Notes under the pieces: model-generated
The model's database searches: none
Told to the model about the DNA's origin: nothing
What the model saw: only the letters and a program-made list of their open reading frames with translations
Source of the DNA: an uncultured Bacillota bacterium
GTDB lineage: Bacteria; Bacillota_I; Bacilli_A; RF39; UBA660
DNA length: 46,594 nt
Assembly: GCA_946611635.1 (NCBI GenBank)
Contig: CAMODW010000005.1
Span: 1-46,594, forward strand
Direction of reading: 5' to 3'
Made by a program: the position numbers and the translations under genes
Shown here: piece after piece, positions 38,987 through 46,594 of the stretch
How the letters are laid out: each line of letters starts with the position of its first letter
How positions within the stretch are numbered: the stretch's first letter is position 1

Positions 38987-40243
38987 ATGAAACAACTTGT
39001 AATTAACGGAAATAAAGAATTAAAAGGAGAAATAAAAATTAGTGGAGCTAAAAATAGTATTGTAGCATTAATTCCTGCAGCTATTTTATCAGATGATAAA
39101 GTATCATTATACAATGTGCCTAATATATCTGATACAAAAGCATTATTAGATATTTTAGATTTGTTAAACTGTGAATATAAGTATGATAACGAAGCCTTAG
39201 AAATAAACACAAAAAAAATAAAAAACAAAGTAATAGAGGAAGAATTATCAAAAAAATTAAGAGCATCATATTATTTTATGGGGGCTCTACTAGCAAAATT
39301 TAAACAAGTAGAAATATATTTCCCAGGTGGATGCAATATTGGCTCAAGACCGATAGATTTCCATATAAAGGGATTTGAAAAACTAGGAGCAGAAGTAACA
39401 ATAGACGGAAACAAATATACGTTTAAAGCAAAAAAACTAAAAGGTGCAAATATATATCTAGATTTTGCTTCAGTTGGAGCCACTATTAATATAATGTTAG
39501 CAGCTGTAAAAGCAGAAGGAAAAACAACAATATCTAATGCTGCTAAAGAACCAGAAATAGTAAATGTTGCAACATTATTAAACAGCATGGGAGCTAAAAT
39601 ATCTGGTGCTGGTACAAGTGAAATAAAAATAGAAGGTGTTAACCATCTAAGTGCGGGAGTTATTGATGTAATTCCAGATCGAATAGAAGCAGGTACATAT
39701 ATTATAGCTGGAGCATTAGTTGGTAATAAATTAAGAATATCTGGAATAATAGAAGAGCATGTAGAAGCCTTACTTTCTAAACTTAAAGAAATGGGTGTTA
39801 AACTTGAATGCACAGGAGATTCGATAGTTATTAGCAAGTCTAAAAGATATAAACCTATTAATATAAAAACATTAGTTTTTCCAGGTTTTGTTACAGATTT
39901 AGGTCAACCAGTAAGTGTCTTATTAACCCAAGCAGATGGTATGTCTATATTTGAAGAAACAATCTTTGAAAATAGAATGGGACACGTAAAATACCTTCAA
40001 AAAATGGGAGCAAATATAAGAGTAAATGATAGAACTGCTATTATAATTGGACCAGCCCATTTAAAAGGAAAAGAAGTCGTAGCTACAGATTTAAGAGCTG
40101 GAGCAGCGATGGTCTTAGCTGGATTAGTTGCTAAAGGAACAACAACCATTAACAATATAGAACATATTCTAAGAGGTTATGAAAATATAGTAGAAAAATT
40201 ACAAAACGTTGGTGCCGATATTAAGATTGTAGAAGTGGAATAA
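38987..40243 (+). CDS. murA: UDP-N-acetylglucosamine 1-carboxyvinyltransferase
   Basis: SGAKNS, LRASYY, PGGCNIGSRPID (catalytic Cys), DRIEAGT, TDLRAGAA. Confidence 0.97.
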   Translation: MKQLVINGNKELKGEIKISGAKNSIVALIPAAILSDDKVSLYNVPNISDTKALLDILDLLNCEYKYDNEALEINTKKIKNKVIEEELSKKLRASYYFMGALLAKFKQVEIYFPGGCNIGSRPIDFHIKGFEKLGAEVTIDGNKYTFKAKKLKGANIYLDFASVGATINIMLAAVKAEGKTTISNAAKEPEIVNVATLLNSMGAKISGAGTSEIKIEGVNHLSAGVIDVIPDRIEAGTYIIAGALVGNKLRISGIIEEHVEALLSKLKEMGVKLECTGDSIVISKSKRYKPINIKTLVFPGFVTDLGQPVSVLLTQADGMSIFEETIFENRMGHVKYLQKMGANIRVNDRTAIIIGPAHLKGKEVVATDLRAGAAMVLAGLVAKGTTTINNIEHILRGYENIVEKLQNVGADIKIVEVE

Positions 40244-40262
40244 TCATTGTTTCACTTTTTTT
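40233..40262 (+). terminator. Terminator after murA
   Basis: AAGTGGAA/TTTCACTT stem followed by a long T-run. Confidence 0.7.
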
Positions 40263-40278
40263 GTGCTCTATACACTAT

Positions 40279-40307
40279 TTGACACAAATTTAAATATTTG
40301 GTAAAAT
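40279..40307 (+). promoter_or_regulatory. Strong sigma-A promoter for ole-oapA
   Basis: TTGACA (40279-40284), 17 bp, TGnTAAAAT (-10 at 40302-40307). Confidence 0.85.
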
Positions 40308-40316
40308 GAATAAGTC

Positions 40317-40770
40317 TTATGGTGCACTATTCTAGTCATAAACATTATCTGAAGATAGGGCTAAAAATCTATCAATTGATTAATAGACACTTTGTATATC
40401 TGCTTGTTTCGCCCAGATTCGGGTGGATATATGATTTTAGAATTAAGGAAATAATATAATGGCATATATTTCTCTTCCTTCTTTCAAGTCATAATAATTA
40501 TTACTAATCATGTCGTGAGTGGTTAAGAGGGATATTTTTGAAATCTTAGTTGCAAAAGCGAATAAGGATAATCAATTTATGTTTGAGAAATTCTCTAGAG
40601 TGTATGTGTTATAAAGTTTGAAGTGCGGACTAAGTGGTAATCGAGTAATCGCAATGGCAACATTCGATTGTCGTCCTTAAAGAGAAATCGCCAACGAGTA
40701 ATCGAGTGGTGGAAGATAGAGAAATTCAACTCGACCAAAGCCGTAAAATTAATTTATGATATAACCATAA
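40317..40770 (+). ncRNA. ole: OLE (ornate, large, extremophilic) RNA, compact variant
   Basis: ORF-free, structured 454-nt segment. Closing helix TTATGGT/ACCATAA and TCATAAA/TTTATGA; OLE-like conserved blocks recalled from known OLE RNAs (GTGCAnTATTCTAGTCA, GGGCTAAAAATC, CGCCCAG loop, GGACTAAGTGGTAATC, GACCAAAGCCGTAA); GNRA-capped hairpins; immediately upstream of an oapA homologue. Confidence 0.88.
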
Positions 40771-40801
40771 AATATTTAAACACTTTATAAGGAGAGTTAA
40801 T

Positions 40802-41326
40802 ATGAAAGAAAATGTTAACTGGATATATAAAGTTTTTTTATTATCTTTTATTCTTGCTATAGTATTTAGTAGTGGATCATCATTTATTGCTAATCATGCT
40901 AATTCTATTATATTAGGAATAATAATTATAATAGTAATAATTATTGGAATAATCTTTGATATGATTGGAGTAGCAGTATTAACTAGTAATGAATCAAGTC
41001 TACATGCTAAAGCTTCAAAAAAAATAAGAGGTGCTAAAGAAGCTATATATTTATTAAAAAATGCTCCAAAAGTATCTTCTATTTGTAATGATGTTGTTGG
41101 AGATGTATGTGGAATAGTAAGTGGAAGTTTAGGAGCAGTACTTACTATAAATATTGCTAGTTATTTTAATTGGAATATTGTAATAGTAACAACGGTTATT
41201 ACAGCTCTTATTTCGTCTTTAACAGTTGGTGGAAAAGCAATATTTAAAACAGTAGCTACTAAAAAAGCTGATAATATAGTATATAATGTAGGAAAAACAA
41301 TGTCGTTTTTTATAAAAAAAACGTAA
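40802..41326 (+). CDS. oapA: OLE-associated membrane protein OapA (DUF21/CNNM-TM-like)
   Basis: Four hydrophobic segments; GIIFDMIGVA, H..A.KK..GAK.AI....NA, CNDVVGD (DxxxD, D97/D101), LTVGGKA motifs; AAGGAG RBS 3' of the RNA. Confidence 0.88.
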   Translation: MKENVNWIYKVFLLSFILAIVFSSGSSFIANHANSIILGIIIIIVIIIGIIFDMIGVAVLTSNESSLHAKASKKIRGAKEAIYLLKNAPKVSSICNDVVGDVCGIVSGSLGAVLTINIASYFNWNIVIVTTVITALISSLTVGGKAIFKTVATKKADNIVYNVGKTMSFFIKKT

Positions 41327-41343
41327 AAAATTATTATTAATAC

Positions 41344-41371
41344 TTGCAACAGATTAAAAACATGATATAAT
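41344..41371 (+). promoter_or_regulatory. rpmE promoter
   Basis: TTGCAA, 16 bp, TGnTATAAT. Confidence 0.65.
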
Positions 41372-41430
41372 ACATTAGACGCAGAAATACTATGTTGAGA
41401 TTATTTAACATGGCGGAAGGAGTGTAGTAA

Positions 41431-41646
41431 ATGAAAAAAGGAATACATCCAGAAATGAAAGATTGTAAGGTTACTTGTAGTTGTGGAGCAACATTTATGA
41501 CAAAATCTAACAAAGAAGAAATATTTATAGAAGTTTGTAATGAATGTCATCCATTCTATACAGGAAAACAAGGAAAAACTAAGAAAACTGGAAATATTGA
41601 AAAATTCAACCGTAAATATGGAATTACTGAAGAAACTGCTGAATAG
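41431..41646 (+). CDS. rpmE: 50S ribosomal protein L31, zinc-binding type
   Basis: [28 protein letters not shown]. Confidence 0.97.
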   Translation: MKKGIHPEMKDCKVTCSCGATFMTKSNKEEIFIEVCNECHPFYTGKQGKTKKTGNIEKFNRKYGITEETAE

Positions 41647-41659
41647 TAGTTTCTTTTTT
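41631..41659 (+). terminator. Terminator after rpmE
   Basis: AGAAACTGCT/AGTAGTTTCT stem plus T-run. Confidence 0.75.
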
Positions 41660-41746
41660 AATACTAGTATCTAGTATTAGTAAAATAAGAAATGTCTTTA
41701 CTTTAAGTTATTTTTTATACGTGTTATACTAAAGTTGGTGATATAT

Positions 41747-42769
41747 ATGGGGAAAATAGGTTATCTATTCAAAAGAATAAAAGGAATGAATTATAAAGGA
41801 TTCTTTGATACTATAGATGAAGTCCATAAAAAAAGTAAAAAAAATAAAATATCATTATTTTTTGATATTATTCATTGTGGTTTAAAATACCAGGCAGGAT
41901 ATATGGATTATAAACTATTAGAAATGTATAGAATACCTGAAAAAAATAGAAACACTTTTATTACAAGAGGAATTAATAATGAAATAGTTACTAAATATAA
42001 CAATCCAGAATATATAAAATATTTTAGTGATAAAATTGAATTTAATAAAAAATTTAATAAATATTTAAATAGAGATTGGCTAGAAGTAACTAAGGATAAT
42101 TATGATGAATTTAAACAATTTATTAAAAAACATTCTGAAATAGTTATTAAACCAGTAGATGAAAGCTGTGGAAAAGGAATAGAAATAATTGAAGTAACTG
42201 ATAAAAATGTTAAAAAAACATATGATAATATTCTTAAAACTAAAAGAATATTAGTAGAAGAAGTAGCTAAGCAATGTCAAGAAATATCTTCACTTCATCC
42301 TAAATCAATTAATACTATTAGAATGGTAACATTAAATAATCATCTAGTAGCTGCTTATTTGCGTATCGGAACAGGGGAAAATGTAGTTGATAATTTTAAT
42401 CACGGAGGTGTAGTAGCGCCTATTAATATAGATACAGGTATTATAGATTATCCTGCAATAGATAAACACGATCATGTTTATGAAAAACATCCAGATACCA
42501 ATATCTCCATAGTATGGTTTCAAATTCCTAAATGGAATAAAGTAAAAAAATATATAGAAGAATGCTCGAAAATAATTCCAGAAATGGGTTATGTAGGATG
42601 GGATGTATGCTTAGGAGAAAAGGGACCTTGCTTAATTGAAGGTAATGAATTCCCTGGGCATGATATTTATCAGTTACCACCACATAGAACAGATAACATA
42701 GGTATGTTGCCTTTATTTAAAAAAGCTATGGAAGGAGAAATAGAAAATGAAAATAGCGATAGCAACTGA
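41747..42769 (+). CDS. Sugar-transfer-associated ATP-grasp family protein
   Basis: DKIEF, VIKPVDESCGKGI, HPKSINTIRMVT, VDNFNHGG, HPDT, YVGWDV, LIEGN. Confidence 0.8.
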   Translation: MGKIGYLFKRIKGMNYKGFFDTIDEVHKKSKKNKISLFFDIIHCGLKYQAGYMDYKLLEMYRIPEKNRNTFITRGINNEIVTKYNNPEYIKYFSDKIEFNKKFNKYLNRDWLEVTKDNYDEFKQFIKKHSEIVIKPVDESCGKGIEIIEVTDKNVKKTYDNILKTKRILVEEVAKQCQEISSLHPKSINTIRMVTLNNHLVAAYLRIGTGENVVDNFNHGGVVAPINIDTGIIDYPAIDKHDHVYEKHPDTNISIVWFQIPKWNKVKKYIEECSKIIPEMGYVGWDVCLGEKGPCLIEGNEFPGHDIYQLPPHRTDNIGMLPLFKKAMEGEIENENSDSN

Positions 42770-43193
42770 TCATAATGGTGTAAATGAAAAAAAAATAATA
42801 ATAGAAACTTTAAAAGAAAAGTATGAATTTGTTGATAAAAGTCCTAATAATTACGCTACAGATGATTATCCAGATTTTGCTTTAGAAGTAGCAAACGCAA
42901 TTAATAATAAAGAAGCAGATTTTGGAATATTAATGTGTGGTACAGGAATAGGAATGAGTATAGCAGCAAATAAAGTAAAAGGAATAAGAGCAGCACACTG
43001 TTCTAACACAGAACAAGCAAGATTAACAAGAGTAGATAACGATGCTAATATTATTTGTTTTAGTTATAAACAAGATATGAAAGAATTAATTTCTATGATT
43101 AATATGTTTATGAATACTGAACATAGTACTGAAGAAAGACATCTTAGAAGAGTTCAAAAAATAAAAGATATCGAAGAAGGAAAAATTAGATGA
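42747..43193 (+). CDS. rpiB: RpiB/LacA/LacB sugar-phosphate isomerase
   Basis: IATDH, DYPDFA, CGTGIGMSIAANKVKGIRAA, RHLRRV. Confidence 0.92.
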   Translation: MKIAIATDHNGVNEKKIIIETLKEKYEFVDKSPNNYATDDYPDFALEVANAINNKEADFGILMCGTGIGMSIAANKVKGIRAAHCSNTEQARLTRVDNDANIICFSYKQDMKELISMINMFMNTEHSTEERHLRRVQKIKDIEEGKIR

Positions 43194-43390
43194 ATTACAA
43201 AGCTTACTTATATGTAATAACAGTTTTATTAAGCGCTTATGCATTATCTGGTGTGAATTTTGATAATTTTATCAAAAAAAATAAAGCTTTAGAAGCTCGT
43301 ATCTTAGTAATAATAACAAGTTTAATAATGGGTTATTTATTAACTAATTTTATTACTGATTTCTTTAATGTAAGTTCGTTAATAAAATAA
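43190..43390 (+). CDS. DUF1146 (YwzB-like) small membrane protein
   Basis: Two TM helices, AL..VNFD.FIKK....ARIL...GYL..NF..DF pattern. Confidence 0.8.
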   Translation: MNYKAYLYVITVLLSAYALSGVNFDNFIKKNKALEARILVIITSLIMGYLLTNFITDFFNVSSLIK

Positions 43391-43485
43391 CACACCACAA
43401 TATTATTATACCACTTTAACAAACTAATTGTTAGATATTTTTTTTACATAAAAAATGCTATAATTATTGCAAGGAGGATGATGAT

Positions 43486-44022
43486 ATGAAATATAACATC
43501 AGAGGAGACAAAATAACTGTTACAGGTGCAATGAAAAATTATATTGAAGAAAAATTATCTAAAATGGATAAATACTTCGAAGAACCAGGAGATATAACAG
43601 CTACTGTCTTAGTTAAAGTGAAAGAATTGGAACAAACAATAGAAGTAACTGTTCCTACAAAAAGATTTACTATTAGAGCTGAAGAATCAAATGAAGATTT
43701 TTATGCAGCAGTAGATCTAGTTGTTAACAAATTAGAAAGACAAATAAGAAAGAATAAAGATAGATTATCAAGAAAATATAAGAATTCAGAACATGTAGAA
43801 TTCAATTTTAACTACGAAGATGAAGAAGTAAAAGAAGAAAATAATTCTAAAATAGTTAAAAGAAAAAATATATCAATGAAACCAATGGATGAAGAAGAAG
43901 CTATTCTTCAAATAGATTTATTGAATCATGATTTCTTTGTATTTAAAAATATTGATGAAGAATGTGTATCAGTTCTATATGTAAGAAAAGATGGTAATTA
44001 CGGAATAATCAACATGAAATAG
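43486..44022 (+). CDS. hpf: Ribosome hibernation promoting factor (long HPF)
   Basis: MKYNIRG, IRAEE..DFYAAVD.V..KLERQIRK.K, KPMDEEEAILQ, LNHDFFVF; upstream of secA. Confidence 0.95.
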   Translation: MKYNIRGDKITVTGAMKNYIEEKLSKMDKYFEEPGDITATVLVKVKELEQTIEVTVPTKRFTIRAEESNEDFYAAVDLVVNKLERQIRKNKDRLSRKYKNSEHVEFNFNYEDEEVKEENNSKIVKRKNISMKPMDEEEAILQIDLLNHDFFVFKNIDEECVSVLYVRKDGNYGIINMK

Positions 44023-44042
44023 ATGGGAAACCATCTTTTTTT
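44021..44042 (+). terminator. Terminator after hpf
   Basis: AGATGG-GAAA-CCATCT plus T-run. Confidence 0.8.
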
Positions 44043-44168
44043 AATTCTAAATAAAAAAAGAGCAATAATAACCTTGAATTTATTGACAATATAGATTAAA
44101 ATATAGAATACGTAGAGAAATGGGAACTTATGCCCTTATTTATAAATTATAGACATGGAGGATGGACT

Positions 44169-46594
44169 ATGGGATTATTGAGATCTTTAATAGATTCAGA
44201 ATATAAAGAATTAAAGAAATTTGAAAAAAAAGCAAAACAAATAGATGCTTTAAGTGAAGAAATGGCAGCACTAAGCGATAAAGAGTTAGCAGCTAAAACA
44301 GATGAATTTAAAAAAGAATTAGAAGAAGGAAAAACTCTAGAAGATATACTTGTTCCAGCATTTGCCGTAGTAAGAGAAGCTGCATATAGAGTAATTGGAG
44401 AAAAACCATACTTTGTTCAAATCCTTGGTGGTTTAGCTATTCACTATGGTAATATAGCTGAAATGAAAACTGGTGAAGGAAAAACTTTAACAGAAACAAT
44501 GCCTACATATTTAAATGCTTTAACAGGAAAAGGTGTTCATATCGTAACAGTTAATGAATTCCTAGCTAAACGTGACTCTGAATGGATGGGAAATATATTT
44601 AGATTTTTAGGATTAACCGTAGGATTAAATATGCGTGAAATGTCTCCAGCCCAAAAAAGAGCAGCATATGAGTGTGATGTTTTATATTCTACCAATAATG
44701 AAATAGGATTCGACTATTTAAGAGATAACATGGTTGTTAGAGCACAAGATAGAGTACAAAGACCATTAAATTTTTGTATTGTCGATGAAGTAGACTCAAT
44801 TCTTATTGATGAAGCACGTACTCCATTAATTATTTCTGGTGGTAAATTTGAATCTAAAAATTTATATGAATCAGCCGATAGTGCTGTAAAAAGATTAGAA
44901 GAAGAAGATTATACAATAGATGAGAAAACTAAAAGTGTTTCTTTAACAGATTCAGGTGTTGAAAAAATAGAAAAAATATTCCATTTAAAGAATCTATTTG
45001 ATTTAGAAAATGCAGTATTAGTTCATCACTTAAATCAGGCTTTAAAAGCTAACTATGGCTTTAAATTAGATGTAGATTATGTTGTAGAAAACGGTGAAGT
45101 AATAATAGTAGATCAATTTACTGGGCGTTTAATGCATGGTAGACAATTTAGTGATGGATTACACCAAGCTATCGAAGCTAAAGAAGGCGTTAAAATCAAC
45201 GAAGAAACTAAAACTATGGCTACTATTACATTCCAAAACTTATTCAGAATGTATAACAAATTGTCAGGTATGACAGGAACTGCTAAAACAGAAGAAGAAG
45301 AATTTAGAGATATTTACAATATGTATGTTATTCAAATTCCAACTAATAAACCTGTAATAAGAGAAGACTATCCTGATTTAGTATATGCCACAGAAAAAGG
45401 AAAATTCAAAGCAATTGTTAATAAAATTAAAGAAATCCACAGTACTGGACAACCTATACTAGTTGGTACTATATCAGTTGAAAACAACGAAAGACTAAGC
45501 GAAATGCTTAAAAAAGAAAAATTAAAACATGAAGTATTAAATGCTAAAAACCACGAAAGAGAAGCTGAAATAATAGCTAAAGCTGGTGAAAAAGGAGCAA
45601 TTACTATTGCTACTAACATGGCCGGCCGTGGTACCGATATTAAATTAGGTGAAGGCGTTAAAGAACTTGGTGGTTTATGTGTAATAGGTACAGAAAGACA
45701 TGAATCACGTCGTATTGATAATCAGTTACGTGGACGTTCAGGTCGTCAAGGAGATCCAGGTATGTCTCAATTCTTTGTATCTTTTGACGATGATTTAATG
45801 AGAAGATTTGGTACTGATAAGATTAAACAAATGTTAATAAATGTAGGATTCTCAGATGAACAAGCTATCAGATCTAAAACATTTACAAAAAGTATTGAAC
45901 AAGCACAAAGAAAAGTAGAAGGAAATAACTATGATGCTCGTAAATCTTTACTAGATTATGATAATGTAATGAACGAACAAAGAGAAATAATCTATGCAAG
46001 ACGTAATGAGATACTAGATCAAGAATCTATTAAAGATAGAACACAAGAAACATTCCGAACAAATATTACTTATTTAGTTAATAGTCATATTGAACCAGAA
46101 GGATATTTAACAGAAGATGATAAAAGCGAAATTATTGAATATCTAAATACAAACTTAATTAAAACAACCAAACTAGATGTAAAAGAAATAATAGATATGA
46201 AAACTGAAGGAGAAGTAATAGATTACTTAACTGAAAAAGTAAAAGAAGATTACAATGAAAAAGTAAAAGATATTCCAGAAGAAGTAATAAATGAATTTGA
46301 AAAAGCTATTGCACTTAGAGTAATAGATGAAGCTTGGATAGATCATATTGGAGCTATGGAACATTTAAGAGAAGGAATTTACTTAAGAGGTTATGCTCAA
46401 ACTAATCCATTACAAGCTTATACTTTAGAAGGATATGAATTATTTGATGACTTAATGGCTGGAATTTCATCTAATATTTCTATTTACTTATTAAAAGCAG
46501 AAGTTAGACAAAATACTGAGAGAAAAGAACAAAGATCAAATACAATAGTTCATGATACTCACATTAAACAAAAAGGACAACCTATCAAAAAAGA
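44169..46594 (+). CDS. secA: Preprotein translocase ATPase SecA (truncated by window end; not in ORF track)
   Basis: Manual translation from ATG at 44169 (GGAGG RBS): AEMKTGEGKTL, GFDYLRDNM, IVDEVDSILIDEARTPLIISG, ATNMAGRGTDI, ERHESRRIDNQLRGRSGRQGDPG. Confidence 0.97.
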   Translation, partial: MGLLRSLIDSEYKELKKFEKKAKQIDALSEEMAALSDKELAAKTDEFKKELEEGKTLEDILVPAFAVVREAAYRVIGEKPYFVQILGGLAIHYGNIAEMKTGEGKTLTETMPTYLNALTGKGVHIVTVNEFLAKRDSEWMGNIFRFLGLTVGLNMREMSPAQKRAAYECDVLYSTNNEIGFDYLRDNMVVRAQDRVQRPLNFCIVDEVDSILIDEARTPLIISGGKFESKNLYESADSAVKRLEEEDYTIDEKTKSVSLTDSGVEKIEKIFHLKNLFDLENAVLVHHLNQALKANYGFKLDVDYVVENGEVIIVDQFTGRLMHGRQFSDGLHQAIEAKEGVKINEETKTMATITFQNLFRMYNKLSGMTGTAKTEEEEFRDIYNMYVIQIPTNKPVIREDYPDLVYATEKGKFKAIVNKIKEIHSTGQPILVGTISVENNERLSEMLKKEKLKHEVLNAKNHEREAEIIAKAGEKGAITIATNMAGRGTDIKLGEGVKELGGLCVIGTERHESRRIDNQLRGRSGRQGDPGMSQFFVSFDDDLMRRFGTDKIKQMLINVGFSDEQAIRSKTFTKSIEQAQRKVEGNNYDARKSLLDYDNVMNEQREIIYARRNEILDQESIKDRTQETFRTNITYLVNSHIEPEGYLTEDDKSEIIEYLNTNLIKTTKLDVKEIIDMKTEGEVIDYLTEKVKEDYNEKVKDIPEEVINEFEKAIALRVIDEAWIDHIGAMEHLREGIYLRGYAQTNPLQAYTLEGYELFDDLMAGISSNISIYLLKAEVRQNTERKEQRSNTIVHDTHIKQKGQPIKK

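Noticed and set aside
40317-40770. Alternative identities for the large RNA: tmRNA, RNase P RNA, group I/II intron, T-box or riboswitch
   Set aside because: No GGGG...CCA tRNA-like ends, no GAGGAAAGUCC P4 motif, no interrupted host gene or intron domain V, no T-box or terminator before oapA; the OLE blocks plus oapA adjacency explain it.
4210-45619. Short antisense or alternate-frame ORFs in the track (4210, 6023, 10192, 14340, 15717, 17091, 18869, 28559, 29147, 30404, 33459, 35702, 38956, 39271, 41161, 45368)
   Set aside because: All overlap confidently identified genes, most have the F/L/I/S-rich composition of reverse-strand shadows, and none shows a motif I recognise.
1-46594. Mycoplasma-type genetic code (UGA = Trp)
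   Set aside because: TGA terminates genes at expected lengths (tadA, rnpA, prfA, rpiB) and long conserved genes are uninterrupted under code 11.

Overview
Replication-origin region of a very AT-rich (roughly 25% GC by eye), genome-reduced, walled Bacillota chromosome. It uses standard code 11 (TGA as stop) and carries murA, divIC and a 3D-domain gene; an uncultured RF39-like Bacilli lineage is my inference. All credible genes diverge from oriC (dnaA/rpmH). The left arm (- strand) runs dnaA-dnaN-comK-recF-gyrB-gyrA-[parS x2]-ffs-tadA-dnaX-ebfC-recR-holB-ricT-yabB-pth-mfd-lipoprotein-dut-hyp-tatD-3D-rsmA-spoVG-divIC-nrdG-ecfA1-ecfA2-ecfT. The right arm (+ strand) runs rpmH-rnpA-yidC-jag-mnmE-beta-lactamase-like-mnmG-rsmG-noc-hyp-argS-rpoE-prfA-prmC-murA-[large ncRNA]-oapA-rpmE-ATP-grasp-rpiB-DUF1146-hpf-secA. 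The main finds outside the ORF track are: (1) a compact (~454 nt) OLE RNA with its own promoter and cognate oapA, in a non-canonical locus; (2) a Noc lacking the N-terminal membrane helix but carrying a ~230-aa acidic, Phe-studded insertion, plus four perfect Noc-binding sites, one over the mnmE promoter and one inside dnaX; (3) a parS/DnaA-box hub partly encoded in the gyrA 3' end; (4) a ~71-nt SRP RNA; (5) comK with tandem Spo0A-like boxes inside the dnaN-recF cluster; (6) an ECF module whose two ATPases both look catalytically degenerate. I saw no CRISPR array, tRNA, rRNA or mobile element.
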